This document shows, piece by piece, positions 39,881 to 53,590 of a stretch of 63,961 nt of DNA; within the stretch, counting starts at the first letter, position 1; every line of letters starts with the position of its first letter. The translations under genes were made by a program, and so were the position numbers. Source of the DNA: Octopus bimaculoides (taxonomy: Eukaryota); assembly GCF_001194135.2 (NCBI RefSeq), contig NC_068990.1, positions 36,576,707-36,640,667 of the forward strand, written 5' to 3'. Below the pieces are notes generated by a model that was not told the DNA's origin, did no database searches, and saw only the letters and a list, made by a program, of their open reading frames with translations.

Positions 39881-41018
39881 CAGCCCCACCCTATGATATT
39901 ATGGCTGCAGTGGATGAAGAAGTGCTGTTGGCTTAGTCAGAGCCTAGGAATTTCTGCCGGTCATATTTACATTGTGTACTGGAGGCAAGGTGGGATTGAA
40001 CCAAGCACCCCCACCACACAAACTGTGTGTGCAGTGGAAGTACATGACCATCACTCATCATTGTTAGTAAGTGTGTCTGTAAGCAGGAGGGTTGTTTGTG
40101 GTCGCTAAGCCAGCTAGAAATAATTGCCTGATTTCCCTCACATCACATCCTAACATTTTATAAAAAGGAAATATTATATAATTTGGTGTTGGGTTCCCTC
40201 TCTGTGTGTTAAGCAGATGGGATAGTCATGGGTGGAATGCTTTTTGATTACATTTCTGTTGGAGCAGAGCTAAGCAAAAACAACATCTCTGTTGGGACCA
40301 CAGCTACCACTACTACTGCTGAAGTTATTAGTTATTATCAATGTCACTGTTACATTACCACCATTAGTACTACTGCCTCTACCATCTCTCAAAACAGCAC
40401 CACCACAAAAACTACTACTACTGCTACTACACTTCCTATTTTGCTGGTACAACATCACCTTCACTGCCATCACCATAAACCATATTAACAAAATGTCGAC
40501 TACTACCTCCACCACCATCACAAATACAACTTCAACCACCACCACCACAATCATCATCACCATCATGACCACTAACAATATAACCATTACCACCTTCATC
40601 AATATGTAGGAGCTAAACGGTTGCAAGATAGAGCACCCACATTTTCCTGTCAATTTATGAAAAAGTGAGTACACAGTAAATAATATGGTTCTAGATGCCC
40701 AACATGCAAGTGAAAAAGATTTATGGCAGGTATGGCTTTTATAAGTCTGCATGACCAGGCTGAGCCAGGGATTAAGCCGTTAATATAACTATCCCATGTA
40801 CCTACTGACTACTAAGAAAAGCAGACTAGTGAGGGTAAATTTATTTATGTATCTAATATGACTAAAATATAAATCAAGTACCCCTTAGTTCTTGAATTAC
40901 AAATCTAAAAGACCTTTAATATGCCCTAGGAAATGTTTCCTTTGTGATTGCTTTGTGGATTACACTGCTAAGTTCACTTCTTGTTGCTAGATCACATAGG
41001 TTTTACTTTATATCTAAC

Positions 41019-41221
41019 TTAATCCTTTAGCATTTAAGCCAGCCATATCCGACCAAAATATTCAGCCCTGTTTTAACTTCAAACTGGCCAGCTCTTGCCT
41101 TTCACACTTCCTCAATCTAGACCATCAGTTCATTGAAATCTCAAAGCTACAAGATAATGCATAACAAGGTGAATAAATAAGCATTACATTTGACAAAGAA
41201 ATCTGAATGTTAAAGGGTTAA
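41019..41221. mobile_element. TTAA-flanked piggyBac-type MITE
   Basis: TTAA-TCCTTTAGCATT...AATGTTAAAGGG-TTAA. Confidence 0.75.
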
Positions 41222-41493
41222 ACATGATACGAACCATTGTCTCAAAATCACACACATGAAGATGCAAAACTTTTGCATTTTTAAAATGCAGAATTTTCCA
41301 TCTCAGTTAGAAATTCCTATAATCGGTGATTTATTTAGTACAGAAAATGTTTTAAAAGTCGTTTGTTAAAACAAAGAAGAAATCACCTTTGATCTTTCAT
41401 CAATACTAATAACCTTTTCTCATTACAGGATCTGAAGTACTAATGGATGGTGGGAGAGGTAAGATGTCGATATCCTCAGACTAGAGAACTGGT

Positions 41494-41719
41494 TTAACCC
41501 TTTAGCATTGAAACTGGCCATATCCGGCCAAAATATTTTACTCCTTTTGTATTCAAACTGGCCAGATCTGGCCCCTCACAACAACTTTTATTCTAAAAAT
41601 TAACCATTAGCTAATGAAAATCTCAAAGCAACAAGATGAGATAATGCATGATTTATCCAAAACAATGTGAATAAATAGGCTTTACTCTTAATGAAATAAA
41701 TTGAATGCTAAAGGGTTAA
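41494..41719. mobile_element. TTAA-flanked piggyBac-type MITE, same family
   Basis: TTAA-CCCTTTAGCATT...AATGCTAAAGGG-TTAA, perfect 12-bp TIR. Confidence 0.85.
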
Positions 41720-41852
41720 ATACTGACAACAGAGTGAGTAGCACTTAAAGTATCCAAGGACGGCTAGGTGATAATGTTAAACTGAGTGGCAGTTTAAGTC
41801 TTCCATTCAAGAATACAAACAAATGATTGAATGAGTTTCCACCATGTTTCTT

Positions 41853-42085
41853 ATATTTTTACTGCCCACAAAGGGCTACACACAGAGGGGACAAACAAGG
41901 ACAGACAAATGAATTAAGTCGATTATATCGACCTCAGTGTGTAACTGGTACTTACTTAATCAACCCCGAAAGGATGAAAGGCAAAGTCGACCTCTGCGGA
42001 ATTTGAACTCAGAATGTAGTGGCAGACGAAATACCGCTAAGCATATCACCCGGCGTGCTAACGTTTCTGCCAGCTCAGCGCCTTT
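41853..42085 (-). mobile_element. SINE family B copy, well preserved
   Basis: Reverse complement of aaggcgctgagctggcagaaacgttagcacgccggg...ttctgagttcaaattccgcagagg. Confidence 0.9.
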
Positions 42086-43765
42086 ACCATGTTTCTATTT
42101 ACCAAATTTCCTCCATAAAATTTGAGTCAACCAAAGTCTTGTAGTTTTGAAGAAGACATTTATTTGCCTAAGTTGCTGTGCTCCAGAAGTGAACCCGGTA
42201 TCCAAGTGATTGTGAAGAAAATTTCTTAAACATATATCAATACCTGATACTACTCTCTGAAAACAGTTTCTTCATAATTCATAAAACTAAAAAAAATGTA
42301 GGATCTGTATTCACATGTTTTTTCACCTGTAGGTAGGTTCTGACGACAGTTAAAAGAATGTTTGGAGACAATTAACTGATGTTATATTCAGGAATGAGGC
42401 ACAAGTGAATATGATAAAGAAAAAGAATAAGAACTACAGACAAACATAAAACCGCAGTCGTCAATAATGCAGCAATGCTAATTATTATTAAAAAAAATAA
42501 ATAAATAAAAGAAAATTTCAAAAAACTGGTTTAGTTCAATGGTAAATCCTTGAGAGACAGCAATAAAGATGGCATCACCAATACCATTTAGACTTGTCAT
42601 TCTAATTTAATTGAAATAATCAGATTAGCCAAAGATGTTGTTCTGATGCTGTCTTAAAGATTTCCTTCTGTTTTAATTTCCTATTAAGTTTGGAATGTTC
42701 AAAGAATATATTTGTATATATTGATTTATTTTCACTTGGCAAAATAATAATTGCAAGTCATTTTTGCTGCTGTTGTTGCTGTCACTCTCTGGTTCAACCT
42801 CAATGGAGTAGACCTATAATCAAACACATTCCAGTCGGCACCTTCCATTTTACTTTTCAAACATCATGTATCTATGACTACATTATCATTCTTATTTTTA
42901 AACTAGCCATATGTGACTTTAGGGAGATTTAGATACTGTTTCTATAAGCAGCAAACGCCTTGAAAATCCCTCATTGCTTCAAATCAATGTTGTTATCATT
43001 GGTACAGCTGCTGCTGCTGTTTCAGTTAGTGTTGTTGTTGTTGTTATTAATATTTTTGTTATTATCAAAACATATACATTCCAGCTGTAGCTGTTCTGTC
43101 TATCACATATTTTCAGCCATGATATACCTAATGCAAGATTATCCAAAGAGTCCTTCCTTTTTTAAAGACTGTTAAATGTGATTTGAAGAAACTTCGGTTG
43201 CTTTTTCTCACAATTCGAATAACTACTTAAAAACATCCTCATTGATTCAAAATAATAATCACTGTTAGTGTTGCTGTTAGCTTCGAGTCAACCCTAATTG
43301 AACAGATTTATGATCAAAGACATTCTATGTATGACCATCCTGTCTTTTTCCAAGTGCAAGAGAATCCAGGATCACATTGTGTCCTTTCATTGTCCATTTG
43401 CGTTCTTCATCAAAGGATAATTATGTTTTGAAGCTTAACGACATCATTGCCCCTATAAGACACAACTATGAGGTGTTAACAGAAAACTCCTGCTCTACAT
43501 GTGCCATGATTGTACTATCTAATGGGAATGCATGTACAGGTAAAAACCATTGACAGCCAACATACTGAGTCAGTTTACATACAGATTCCATGCCTTCTAC
43601 CCATGTTTTATTGTTTCCTTAGGTTTTGGAACATTGTTAGAGCAGCTCTGCAATTTTATAATGTCTGACAACGTTGCTGTTGTTATTGCTGTTGTTTCTG
43701 TTGATGTTGTTACTGTAGCTGTTATGGTTGTTGTTCTTGGTGTTATCATAAGAACATACACATGA

Positions 43766-44195
43766 GTAGGCACAGGAGTGGGTGGGTGGTAAGTAGCTAG
43801 CTTACTAACCACATGGTCATGGGTTCAGTTCCACTGTGTGCTACCTTGGGCAAGAGTCTTCTACTATAGCCTCAGGCCAACCAAAGCCTTGTGAGTGAAT
43901 TTGGCAAACGAAAACTGGAAGAAGCCCATCGTATATGTATATATATATGTATATGTATATGTGTGTATATATATATTTGTGTGTCTTCGTTTGTCTCCCC
44001 TCCCAGCATCGCTTGACAACCGATGCTGGTGTGTTTACGTCCCCGTCACTTAGCGGTTTGGCAAGAGAAACCAATAGAATAAGTACTAGGCTTACAAAGA
44101 ATAAGTCCTGGGGTCGATTTACTCGACTAAAGGCAGTGCTCCAGCATGGCCTCAGTCAAATGACTGAAACAAGTAAAAGAATAAAATAAAAAGAA
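43766..44195 (+). mobile_element. SINE family A copy
   Basis: Full head, core, microsatellite and tail. Confidence 0.92.
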
Positions 44196-44575
44196 TGACA
44201 AAACTTCTTAACCACATGGTTTTGGGTTCGATCTCACTGTATGGTAATTTAGGCAAGTATCTTCTACAACAGCCTGATGAAAATCTTGTGACTGGATTGT
44301 ATTGATGAAAACTGAAATTTGTGTGTGTGTATGTTACTTGTCTTGATATCATGTGATCGGATAGTTGTAAATGAGTGCCACTGTCATATAAGTGGTGTCC
44401 TTCCCTCCCGATCTTCCATGAAAAAATGCCTGGCCATGAGGAAATATTATTACCTTGCCTGGAATCAGGGAAAGGTTTGTAACAAAAAAGGGGGCATCTG
44501 GCTGTAAAAAATTTGCTCCCACAAATTCTATCCATCTTTTGCAAACATGAAAAATCAGACATTAAAACAATGATC
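44196..44575 (+). mobile_element. SINE-like element with a family A-type head and a different 3' module
   Basis: aaccacatggttttgggttcgatctcactg...ggcaagtatcttctac followed by gggggcatctggctgtaaaaa...cagacattaaaacaatgat instead of the family A tail. Confidence 0.55.
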
Positions 44576-45929
44576 ATAAGGATGATCTACCCTAAATTTT
44601 GGAAGAAGTTTGGCTATGGAAAATTATACCCTATAATTTACACAATTCAAAATCAAGTAAATTATAGAATATACACATCACCCAGAAAACTGAAAAATCA
44701 GTTTTTTTCAAATAAATTCCTTTGCAGTATATTTTCTGCAATAGATTGCAGACACTCCTTTGTCATTCTTAGCATCATAAGTGAACCAGACATTCATCAG
44801 GAAATCATAACCAATGAGGCTATTATTCACAGTCTGTGGTATAAAATAAATCAGAAAAATAACAAGTACATATATTAGAAAGAGAGACAGATAAACTATC
44901 TCCAAATATTTATCTGCTGTCATTTGTACTGAACATGAATTGTCATAAAAACATTCAGTTACCTATTTGCAATGATCCAGCATAGTCAGAAAATCTAAAT
45001 GTATTCAGCTCTTATTTTCTAAACGAAATATTAAAGTGTGCAGGAAAAGCTATGCAGATTAAAAGTTTATCTTGGCACTGCATGATTTCTGAGTTCAATC
45101 CTGCTGCACAGTTATCTAACGAACAAGCCCTCTACTTTAAGCTGAGTCAACCAAAGCCTTGTGAATGAGAACTGTTAGATGGAAAATGTGTGGAAACTTG
45201 TCAGAGGCTTGGTTTCTATACTTGGGCGGTAGACACAGTTTTTCTCAATGTTCAACACCACCTCCTGCTCCATAGGTGCCTTGAGTGGGAATCCATTTTG
45301 TCGAAAGCATTCACATCAAGTCTCTTTGTTTTGAAGGATAATTTCCTTCATTCTTCTAGCAATCTTAGAGACACTGAAACAGGGAGCTACAGTCAGTCAC
45401 CTTCCTTTCTCTTCTGACAAAACCATTAAAAAACAAAAGATACATATATGATGAATGGATAATTAGAGACTGTAGATAATTAGTTATGTGAGTATGTTTG
45501 TGTATATGCATAGACACACATACACACACACAAAGTTATAAGATATATAAATAAATAGGTATGCAGAGAGCTAGATATATTAACCGACGGAAACACAATG
45601 AAAAAGATTGATAGATAAATAGCGAGATAGAAAGACAGATAGATAAATTGGTTTTAAAACCAATAATTTTACAAGAAATAATGGATGGTGAAATACTTAA
45701 AGCTGTCATCTAATTTAGTGTTTCATTTGAAACCGAAGAAAGATATATTTTAGCAGCGGATCTTAAGAATGTAGTCCAAACAAGATGAGACAGAAACTAA
45801 ATTGAAGCTGTCAAAGAAGCAATTAAATGGAAGGTGATTGCCAGTCTGAATGTATATTTTGATCTTACCAAGTTCTATTGACCTTATAACATTGAGAAGA
45901 TCCAATTATTATAAGGGACTGCACTGTAG

Positions 45930-46500
<571 letters not shown>

Positions 46501-46504
46501 ATAT

Positions 46505-46703
46505 TCACAAAATATTCTTGAAATATAGGGGCACATCTTATGTAGAGATGCATCTTATGTGCAATGAGATATGGTATACATACATCCATACTCATAGACA
46601 GACAGACATATAGATAGATAAATTGATAGATAGGTACCCTATTTACCATACATGAAACACAACTCTGCATAAGATGCCCATAGTTTTCACGGATATTTTG
46701 TGA
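46505..46703. mobile_element. Small MITE-like element with about 42-bp imperfect TIRs
   Basis: tcacaaaatattcttgaaatataggggcacatcttatgtagag (46505-46547) versus the reverse complement of 46663-46703, tcacaaaatatccgtgaaaactatgggcatcttatgcagag. Confidence 0.65.
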
Positions 46704-47251
46704 GGGAAAACATTAGTATACTTCATCACACAATCAAGAAAAGTGATTTTCAAACAGTTTTAGAAGGAAAAAATATTCTTTTGTGCAAGTCAGTAGTGTA
46801 TATATACTAAGCATTATACTAAGCTGCTAAAAGAAAATTCTTTAAATTTACCAAAGCTAAATAGATGCAGAGCAGTTAATACTGTTACATGAAAGCAAAG
46901 CAAATATATTGGTGAGAATTTGTAGATAGGAAACAGTGATGAACAGTAAGTATGCATAAATTTCTGTAAATTAAGCTCAAGATGATGAAGTAAAATATTT
47001 CTTAAATGTTGGTTTCATATTTTGGCACAAGGCCAGCAATTTGGGGGAGTAAGTTGATTATATTGATCCCAGTGCTCAAATGGTCCTTATTTTATTAACC
47101 CCTAAAAGAGGAAATGCCAAGGTGACCTTAGTAGAATTTGAAATATTCCCTAAAAATTGAACAGGGAAAAATTAAATATATGCTAAAAGAAACTGATATT
47201 TTGTGTATTAGTATATGCTTTTTAGTATATACAATAAATGTCAGAAATATA

Positions 47252-47988
47252 TATATTATTCGAAGTGTACAGTATTATATGTCTATTGTGGCCGATCTTA
47301 CCAATCGATTTTGTGCTAGCGATTCAACGGAATGTTAGGTAACAATCTGATTATGTAACCCTGCTCTCATCAGAGGTAGCCATTATGCAATGAAATGTGG
47401 TGACTGTTCTCTAGTGCTGGAGGTGAACATACACATCCGGTATGCAATTACTGTGAAAAAGATGATGAAATGAAACGAAATGAGTAAAAGTTTTCTGGAG
47501 AAGTTTGTGCAAAAGCTGTATGCACACATAAAGACCCTATGAACTTAACCAATACATAAAAGAAAGAAAACACAAACAAACACAGATGTGTATACCCATA
47601 TTCACTGCATAGGTTATACATATAGACTACTACACAAATTCCATTTCCATAAGAACACCAACCTTAAGGACACACACATTTCCCACAAACTTTTCCAGGA
47701 AACTCTTTCTGACTTACAACATAACCACTCCAGTAGTGATGTTTTGGTACCAATGGACATAACTCTTAAACCAATCCTCTACCTGTTTCGTTTCACCATC
47801 TTTTTCACAACCACAAACTGGATGTGTCTATTCACCAACACTAGAGAGAAGTCACCACATTTCATTCCATAAAGGCTAGCTCTGATGAGTGCAGGGTTGT
47901 TACATAAATGGATTGTCACCTAACACTCTGCTGAATCCTTAACATCGGCCATAATGGATATATAATACTGTACACTTCGGATAATATA
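47252..47988. mobile_element. Fold-back DNA element with about 270-bp imperfect inverted arms
   Basis: Termini tatattattcgaagtgtacagtattatat and atataatactgtacacttcggataatata; arms align from 47252-47480 to 47783-47988 and from 47480-47520 to 47670-47712. Confidence 0.85.
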
Positions 47989-48490
47989 CCCACTCTATTA
48001 ATAGATATAAGTGCATTTTTACCTGACTTATGGACTCTTAGACACCTTACACACACACACACACACACACAAACACAAACACACACGTTGAAAGCTTGAA
48101 AGAATAAAGGAAGTTTGACAAAAAGTGGATGTCTTGAAAATAATGATGGTACTACACCCAAGTGGCAGATTTATGCAACACAAAACATAACTGTCAAAAA
48201 TACATGTTTCATATCCTGTCATGAAATCTCTTGACTAAAAAGGAAGCAAACTACACTCTCACCTCTCACACAGCTACTCTGATTTATGAGAGAATTGGGT
48301 TAAGATGTTCCTCCATTAACATAGGAAATAAACATTTTCAGAACTAGTAAATCAATGACTTCAAAATGTGAAAAACAAGTCTAAATGCTTGTATCTATAT
48401 TGATCTCTTTATCTTTGGAAAAGGTGCAAAGTTAGTGATAATTTTTTTTAAGCCTTAAATCGGCCTAATTACTCTCAAGGATATTAATAA

Positions 48491-48682
48491 TCTTTTAAAT
48501 GTTTCAGTTATTGGACTGTGGCCATACCGGGACACCATCTTGAAGGAATTTAGTTGAACACATCTGGTTCTTATTCTGTTGGCCTCTATGCCAAACCACT
48601 AAGATGTGGGGTTGTAAACAAACCAATACTGGTTGTCAAGTGGTGGGGAGACGAACTCAGATACAAAGGACACACATAAATT

Positions 48683-48722
<40 letters not shown>

Positions 48723-48759
48723 AATACACATACATATATATATATATATATATATGTAA

Positions 48760-48790
<31 letters not shown>

Positions 48791-49060
48791 CACATACATA
48801 TATATGTATATATTCGTACATATACTTACATACATACATACATATATACATATATATATAATGGTCATTACATATTTTTCCTTATATATATAAATCAATA
48901 CATATAAATATACAATATTTATGGGCTTCTACACAGTTTCCATTAACCAAATTCACCCACAAGGCATCAATTAACCCAAGGCTATAGTAGAAAACACTTA
49001 CCTACGGCTGTGCAGCAGAACTGAACCTGATACCCCGTGGCTACAATATAGGCTTCTTTA
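48491..49060 (-). mobile_element. Decayed SINE family A copy with long internal (TA)n
   Basis: Tail gtttcagttattggactgtggcc, mid ggttgtcaagtggtgggg, core cagtttccattaaccaaattcacccacaaggc. Confidence 0.75.
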
Positions 49061-49675
49061 ACATGGCAAAATTCTTTTAGAATTTCTCAACTACTTTTTC
49101 TTTTACAGAATTCCATTATTATTGTTTTTTACCCAATCACACATCATCATTATTAGAACAACCATCACCATCATCATCATTATCATCAACATTTAGCATC
49201 TGTTCTCCACGCTGGCATCGTGTTTGGACACATCCATGTAATAATAGACCATTTGTTCCAATTCCATTTCCGAAGGCTGAAAGTAACGCTTGCTGCTAGT
49301 ACAGCTTAATCCTTCTGTTGTTTCAAAACCTTCCCCTAAACAATCTCAGTCTTACGAGCCTAAAACTGAACCCAAACTAATAAGGTAGGTTTCTTTATTG
49401 ATTCTCCAAGATGCCTAAACCATACTTTATTTGCAATTTCATTCCTCTCTCCTCCATCCAACATTTTAGATGAACATAAATAGAATTTCTATTGAGTATC
49501 CTTTCCTTAGGTGGTGTTTTTCTTTTAAAACGTAGAAAAGATGACAGGTTTCTGCCAACAGCACTGTTTGCTAAAATAAACGTTTTATGTGCCTTGTCAA
49601 AAAAACATGTTTTAACATGTTCTAACCCTGTTTTCTAATATCCATCTATGTAATACCCAGGTTGAAACCGATTGG

Positions 49676-49706
<31 letters not shown>

Positions 49707-50267
49707 TGTTCATAAATTACCTTTACAGTTTTTGCACTTCCAACGTTTAAATTATAAAGACACTTTATGAACAGCTATATATATATATATATTTTTTTTT
49801 GTGTGTGTGTGTGTGTGTGTGTTCATACATGCATGTGTGTATGCATGCTTGTACATACATATGTATGTATGTATGCATGCATGTGAGTGCGCTTGACAAC
49901 CAGTGTTTAGTTATTTATGGCACCCATGACTTAGTAATTCAACAAAAGAGAACAAAATAGGTACCAGACTAAAAAAACAATAAGAAGTACCCGAGGTTGG
50001 GGCACTACTGCCAAAGCAGTACCCCCCAGCATTGACACAGTCCAATGACTAAAAAAAATTATAAACATGTGATTGATGCCCATGAACAACTGTCACCTTT
50101 GTATTTAGTGGACTCTTCATGTGTAATTCTTGTTCTATTTGTCATACAGATGTTACAGATATGGAGCACGATGATATTGATCCTCTGTTACTTTTACACA
50201 CATATCCCCCACCACCACCACCAACCCACCACCACCACTACCAACAACAACAACAACAATACCTTTT

Positions 50268-50470
50268 CTTTTCTAGGCACAAGGCCCAAAATTTTGTGGG
50301 AGTTGGCCAGTCGATTAGATCGACCTCAGTACACAGCTGTTACTTAATTCATCAACCCCTGAAAAGGATGAAAGGCAAAGTCAACCTTGGCAGAATTTGA
50401 ACTTAGAACATAAAAACATGAAATACTGCTAAGCATTTCGCCCAGCATGCTAATGTTTCTGCCATCTTGC
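50268..50470 (-). mobile_element. SINE family B copy
   Basis: aaaggatgaaaggcaaagtcaaccttggcagaatttgaacttagaac. Confidence 0.85.
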
Positions 50471-51111
50471 TGTCTTACAACAACAACAATATCACCACTA
50501 CTGGCTGTTCTTTTATGTAACTGGTAACATGTAATTGTGTAAAACTTTATGGTCAGCATTGACTAACTGGTACCTCCACCAGAAGACATTCCTGAAGGAG
50601 ATTGCAAGAAATCCATCAGTAGAAAAACATTGCTTGTCCAATGAATGAATAATTCATCCCAGCATAGAGTTAGTAATTTATTGAATAAAAGTGCTCAGAT
50701 TTAGAAATTCCATGTTGATTACTAGAAGTGAAGCACCCTTGAGCTTACTTTAGCATATGTCTCCAGATTGATGTTACTTTGATATAAAGGCTTTTATGCA
50801 AGTAATGGCCTTGATAATGTCAATGACCTTCAAAATTAGCTGGAGATCTCGATGCCCCTACCCTCATGTCTCCATGGTCGTTTTTGATACCAGCCATCTC
50901 AACTTGTCTCTGGATCATGTCAGTTGTGTAGAGAAGTCTGTCATTTGTATTACATGTGTTATTCTGTTCAGACATTGCTAACATCATTTAAATATTCAGT
51001 CTTCTTGGCAACTGAAGGAACTGTGTGGATGTGTGTGTGTGTGTGTGTCTGTATACGTGTATGGCTACATATATGTATGTGTGTGTGTAAGCATATGTGT
51101 ATTTTTATTTT

Positions 51112-51480
51112 ACATCTTTTATTTGTTTCAGTTGTAGCCATGCTGGAGCACCACCTTAAGGAGTTTTAGACAAATTTATTGACCTCAGTACTAATTTTTT
51201 TTAAATTAGTATTTCTTCTATTGATCTCTTTTGCTGAACCACTAAGTTACAGAGATAAAAAAAAACTCCAACACCAGTCTTCAAGTGGTGATGGGTGACA
51301 AACACTGACACAAGCACACACACATATGGTGAACTTCTTTCAGTTCCCCTCTACCAAATCCATTCACAAGGCTTTGGTTAGTTTGAGGCTATTGGGAGAA
51401 GACACTTGCCCAAAGTACTATAGAGTGGGACTGACCCAAGAACCAAGTGATTTAGAAACTTCTTATCACAGCTGTGTCTG
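51112..51480 (-). mobile_element. Decayed SINE family A copy
   Basis: gccatgctggagcaccacc...ctaccaaatccattcacaaggctttgg...gaagacacttgccc. Confidence 0.8.
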
Positions 51481-52135
51481 AGCTAGTGTGTAACATTTAA
51501 TCTAAACACAATGTTTGCATGGAAATACTGCATTATCTGAATTATTATTTTATTCCATTTAATAGATTTATTTTCTATAACAAAAGACACTAATTAAAAC
51601 TTGGCTAACAATACAAATATTTATAACATCCAGAATTTGTTTTGCTTGTTTCGTTACATAAATTGAATAAAATCAGCAATTATAAAATAAAAAAAAATAA
51701 CTAAAAATGAAATACTACAATTATTGTAATCAAAAAAATTTTTTCTATTCAGAATATAACATTCAACCATAGCTAAAATTGAAATAACCTTTAACATTAT
51801 AAAAAATTGTTTCTGAAATTTCTGCTACTTATTTGTTATCTTGCTTCATTACACTGATATGGTAGGGTACATTTAGGGTTGTAATCAATACAGTAATTAA
51901 AACAGTAGATAAGTTAAGGAGTGCTGTATTTACTCAGTTTGTTAATTACTAGCAAGCGGAAAGGAGTTTGCAGAAGTCATACAGAGCTGGACTAAATGGA
52001 TTACTGCATTTAATCTCATTCAATTTATGTTCTGAGTTCAAAATCTGGCATAGTTATCTCTACATTTCTTTCATTCTGGGATCATTGAATAAATACTAGT
52101 AAAACTACTATGCTTGTTAATTAATATTGTTAATT

Positions 52136-52311
52136 AGACGCAGGAGTGGCTGTGTGGTAAGTAGCTTGCTTACCACCCACATGGTTCTGGGTTCAGTCCC
52201 ACTGCATGGCACCTTGGCCAAGTGTCTTCTACTATAGCCTCGGGCCGACCAAAGCCTTGTGAGTGGATTTGGTAGACAGAAACTGAAAGAAGCCCGTCGT
52301 ATATATGTATA

Positions 52312-52398
<87 letters not shown>

Positions 52399-52600
52399 TT
52401 GTGTGTCTGTGTTTGTTCCCCCCACCATCGCTTGACAGCCGATGGTGGTGTGTTTACATCCCCGTAACTTAGCGGTTCGGCAAAAGAGACGGATAGAATA
52501 AGTACTAGGCTTACAAAGAATAAGACCTGGGGTCGATTTGCTCGACTAAAGGCGGTGCTCCAGCATGGCCGCAGTCAAATGACTGAAACAAGTAAAAGAG
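52136..52600 (+). mobile_element. SINE family A copy, the best preserved in the window
   Basis: Intact head, core, about 100-bp (TA)n tract and tail aaggcggtgctccagcatggccgcagtcaaatgactgaaacaagtaaaagag. Confidence 0.95.
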
Positions 52601-53526
52601 TAATAATTAACTAAACGGAGTTGCTGTAATTTACCATTGTGTAAGCAAACCTATGATCAAAAGTCTTCAATCCATGACATCGTGTCTTTATATTCAGACA
52701 TTGTAGCCTTCCATTCTTAAAGCAGTTAAGGTGGCATTTGATAGAGATTTGGTTCCTATTTCTAATAGATTGATTGACCACTTAGATGTTATTTGATGTG
52801 ATGATAACGATGGTGATGGTGGTGATGGAGGTGGTAACAGTAGTGGTAGTCGTGGTGATGGTGCTGCCGATGATGATGATAATGATGATGATGATGAACA
52901 TGAAGGTGATGATGATGAAAATGGGGAGAGGGGAAGAGGAGAAAGTAGAAGAGGAAGAGAAAAACGGGATTTATGAAACAACTGATTATAAAGATGCTAA
53001 TGTGGATGATGATAACTACAATAGCAACAACAAATGTGATGACAATGATAATATCAACAAGAACGTGATGATTGTTGTTGTCACCATCACTTAGTCTTCA
53101 CCATCATCATCAATGGGATAGTCATGGTATTGTTGATTATTTTGTGAATGATGAGATGGAGAATGCTTATAGTGATGATGTTGAAGGAAGTATTGAAGGT
53201 AATGGTAAATTGTACCATTAATGATGCCAATAGTAAAAATGAGGAATTTGACCAATATGACTATGAAGACACCAACTGCAACAATAAAAATATTTCAAGA
53301 ACAATGATGACAATTACAGTTTCTTCAATCTTTTAATTATAAACATCATAATCTGTGTCCTTCAATTGAAATTTTGGAATATATCTTCAAAGATCATTAA
53401 TTTACCACTAAAAAATTACCATCATCAGTGCTTAAAATACAGCAAGAATGAATTAATCTGAAGAAGTCAAATTGAATTAAACCTCTGTGAGATATATATA
53501 TCTATGTGTGTCTGTGTATATATGCC

Positions 53527-53590
<64 letters not shown>

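Noticed and set aside
45205-45400. Minus-strand VSKIARRMKEIIL...*CECFRQNGFP, faintly like the PLE NGYP motif
   Set aside because: In-frame stop, single weak motif and no supporting neighbours.
47882-47900. CTGATGAG motif (mirror copy at 47366-47373) suggestive of a hammerhead core
   Set aside because: No stem II followed by GAAA; it is part of the fold-back element's arms.
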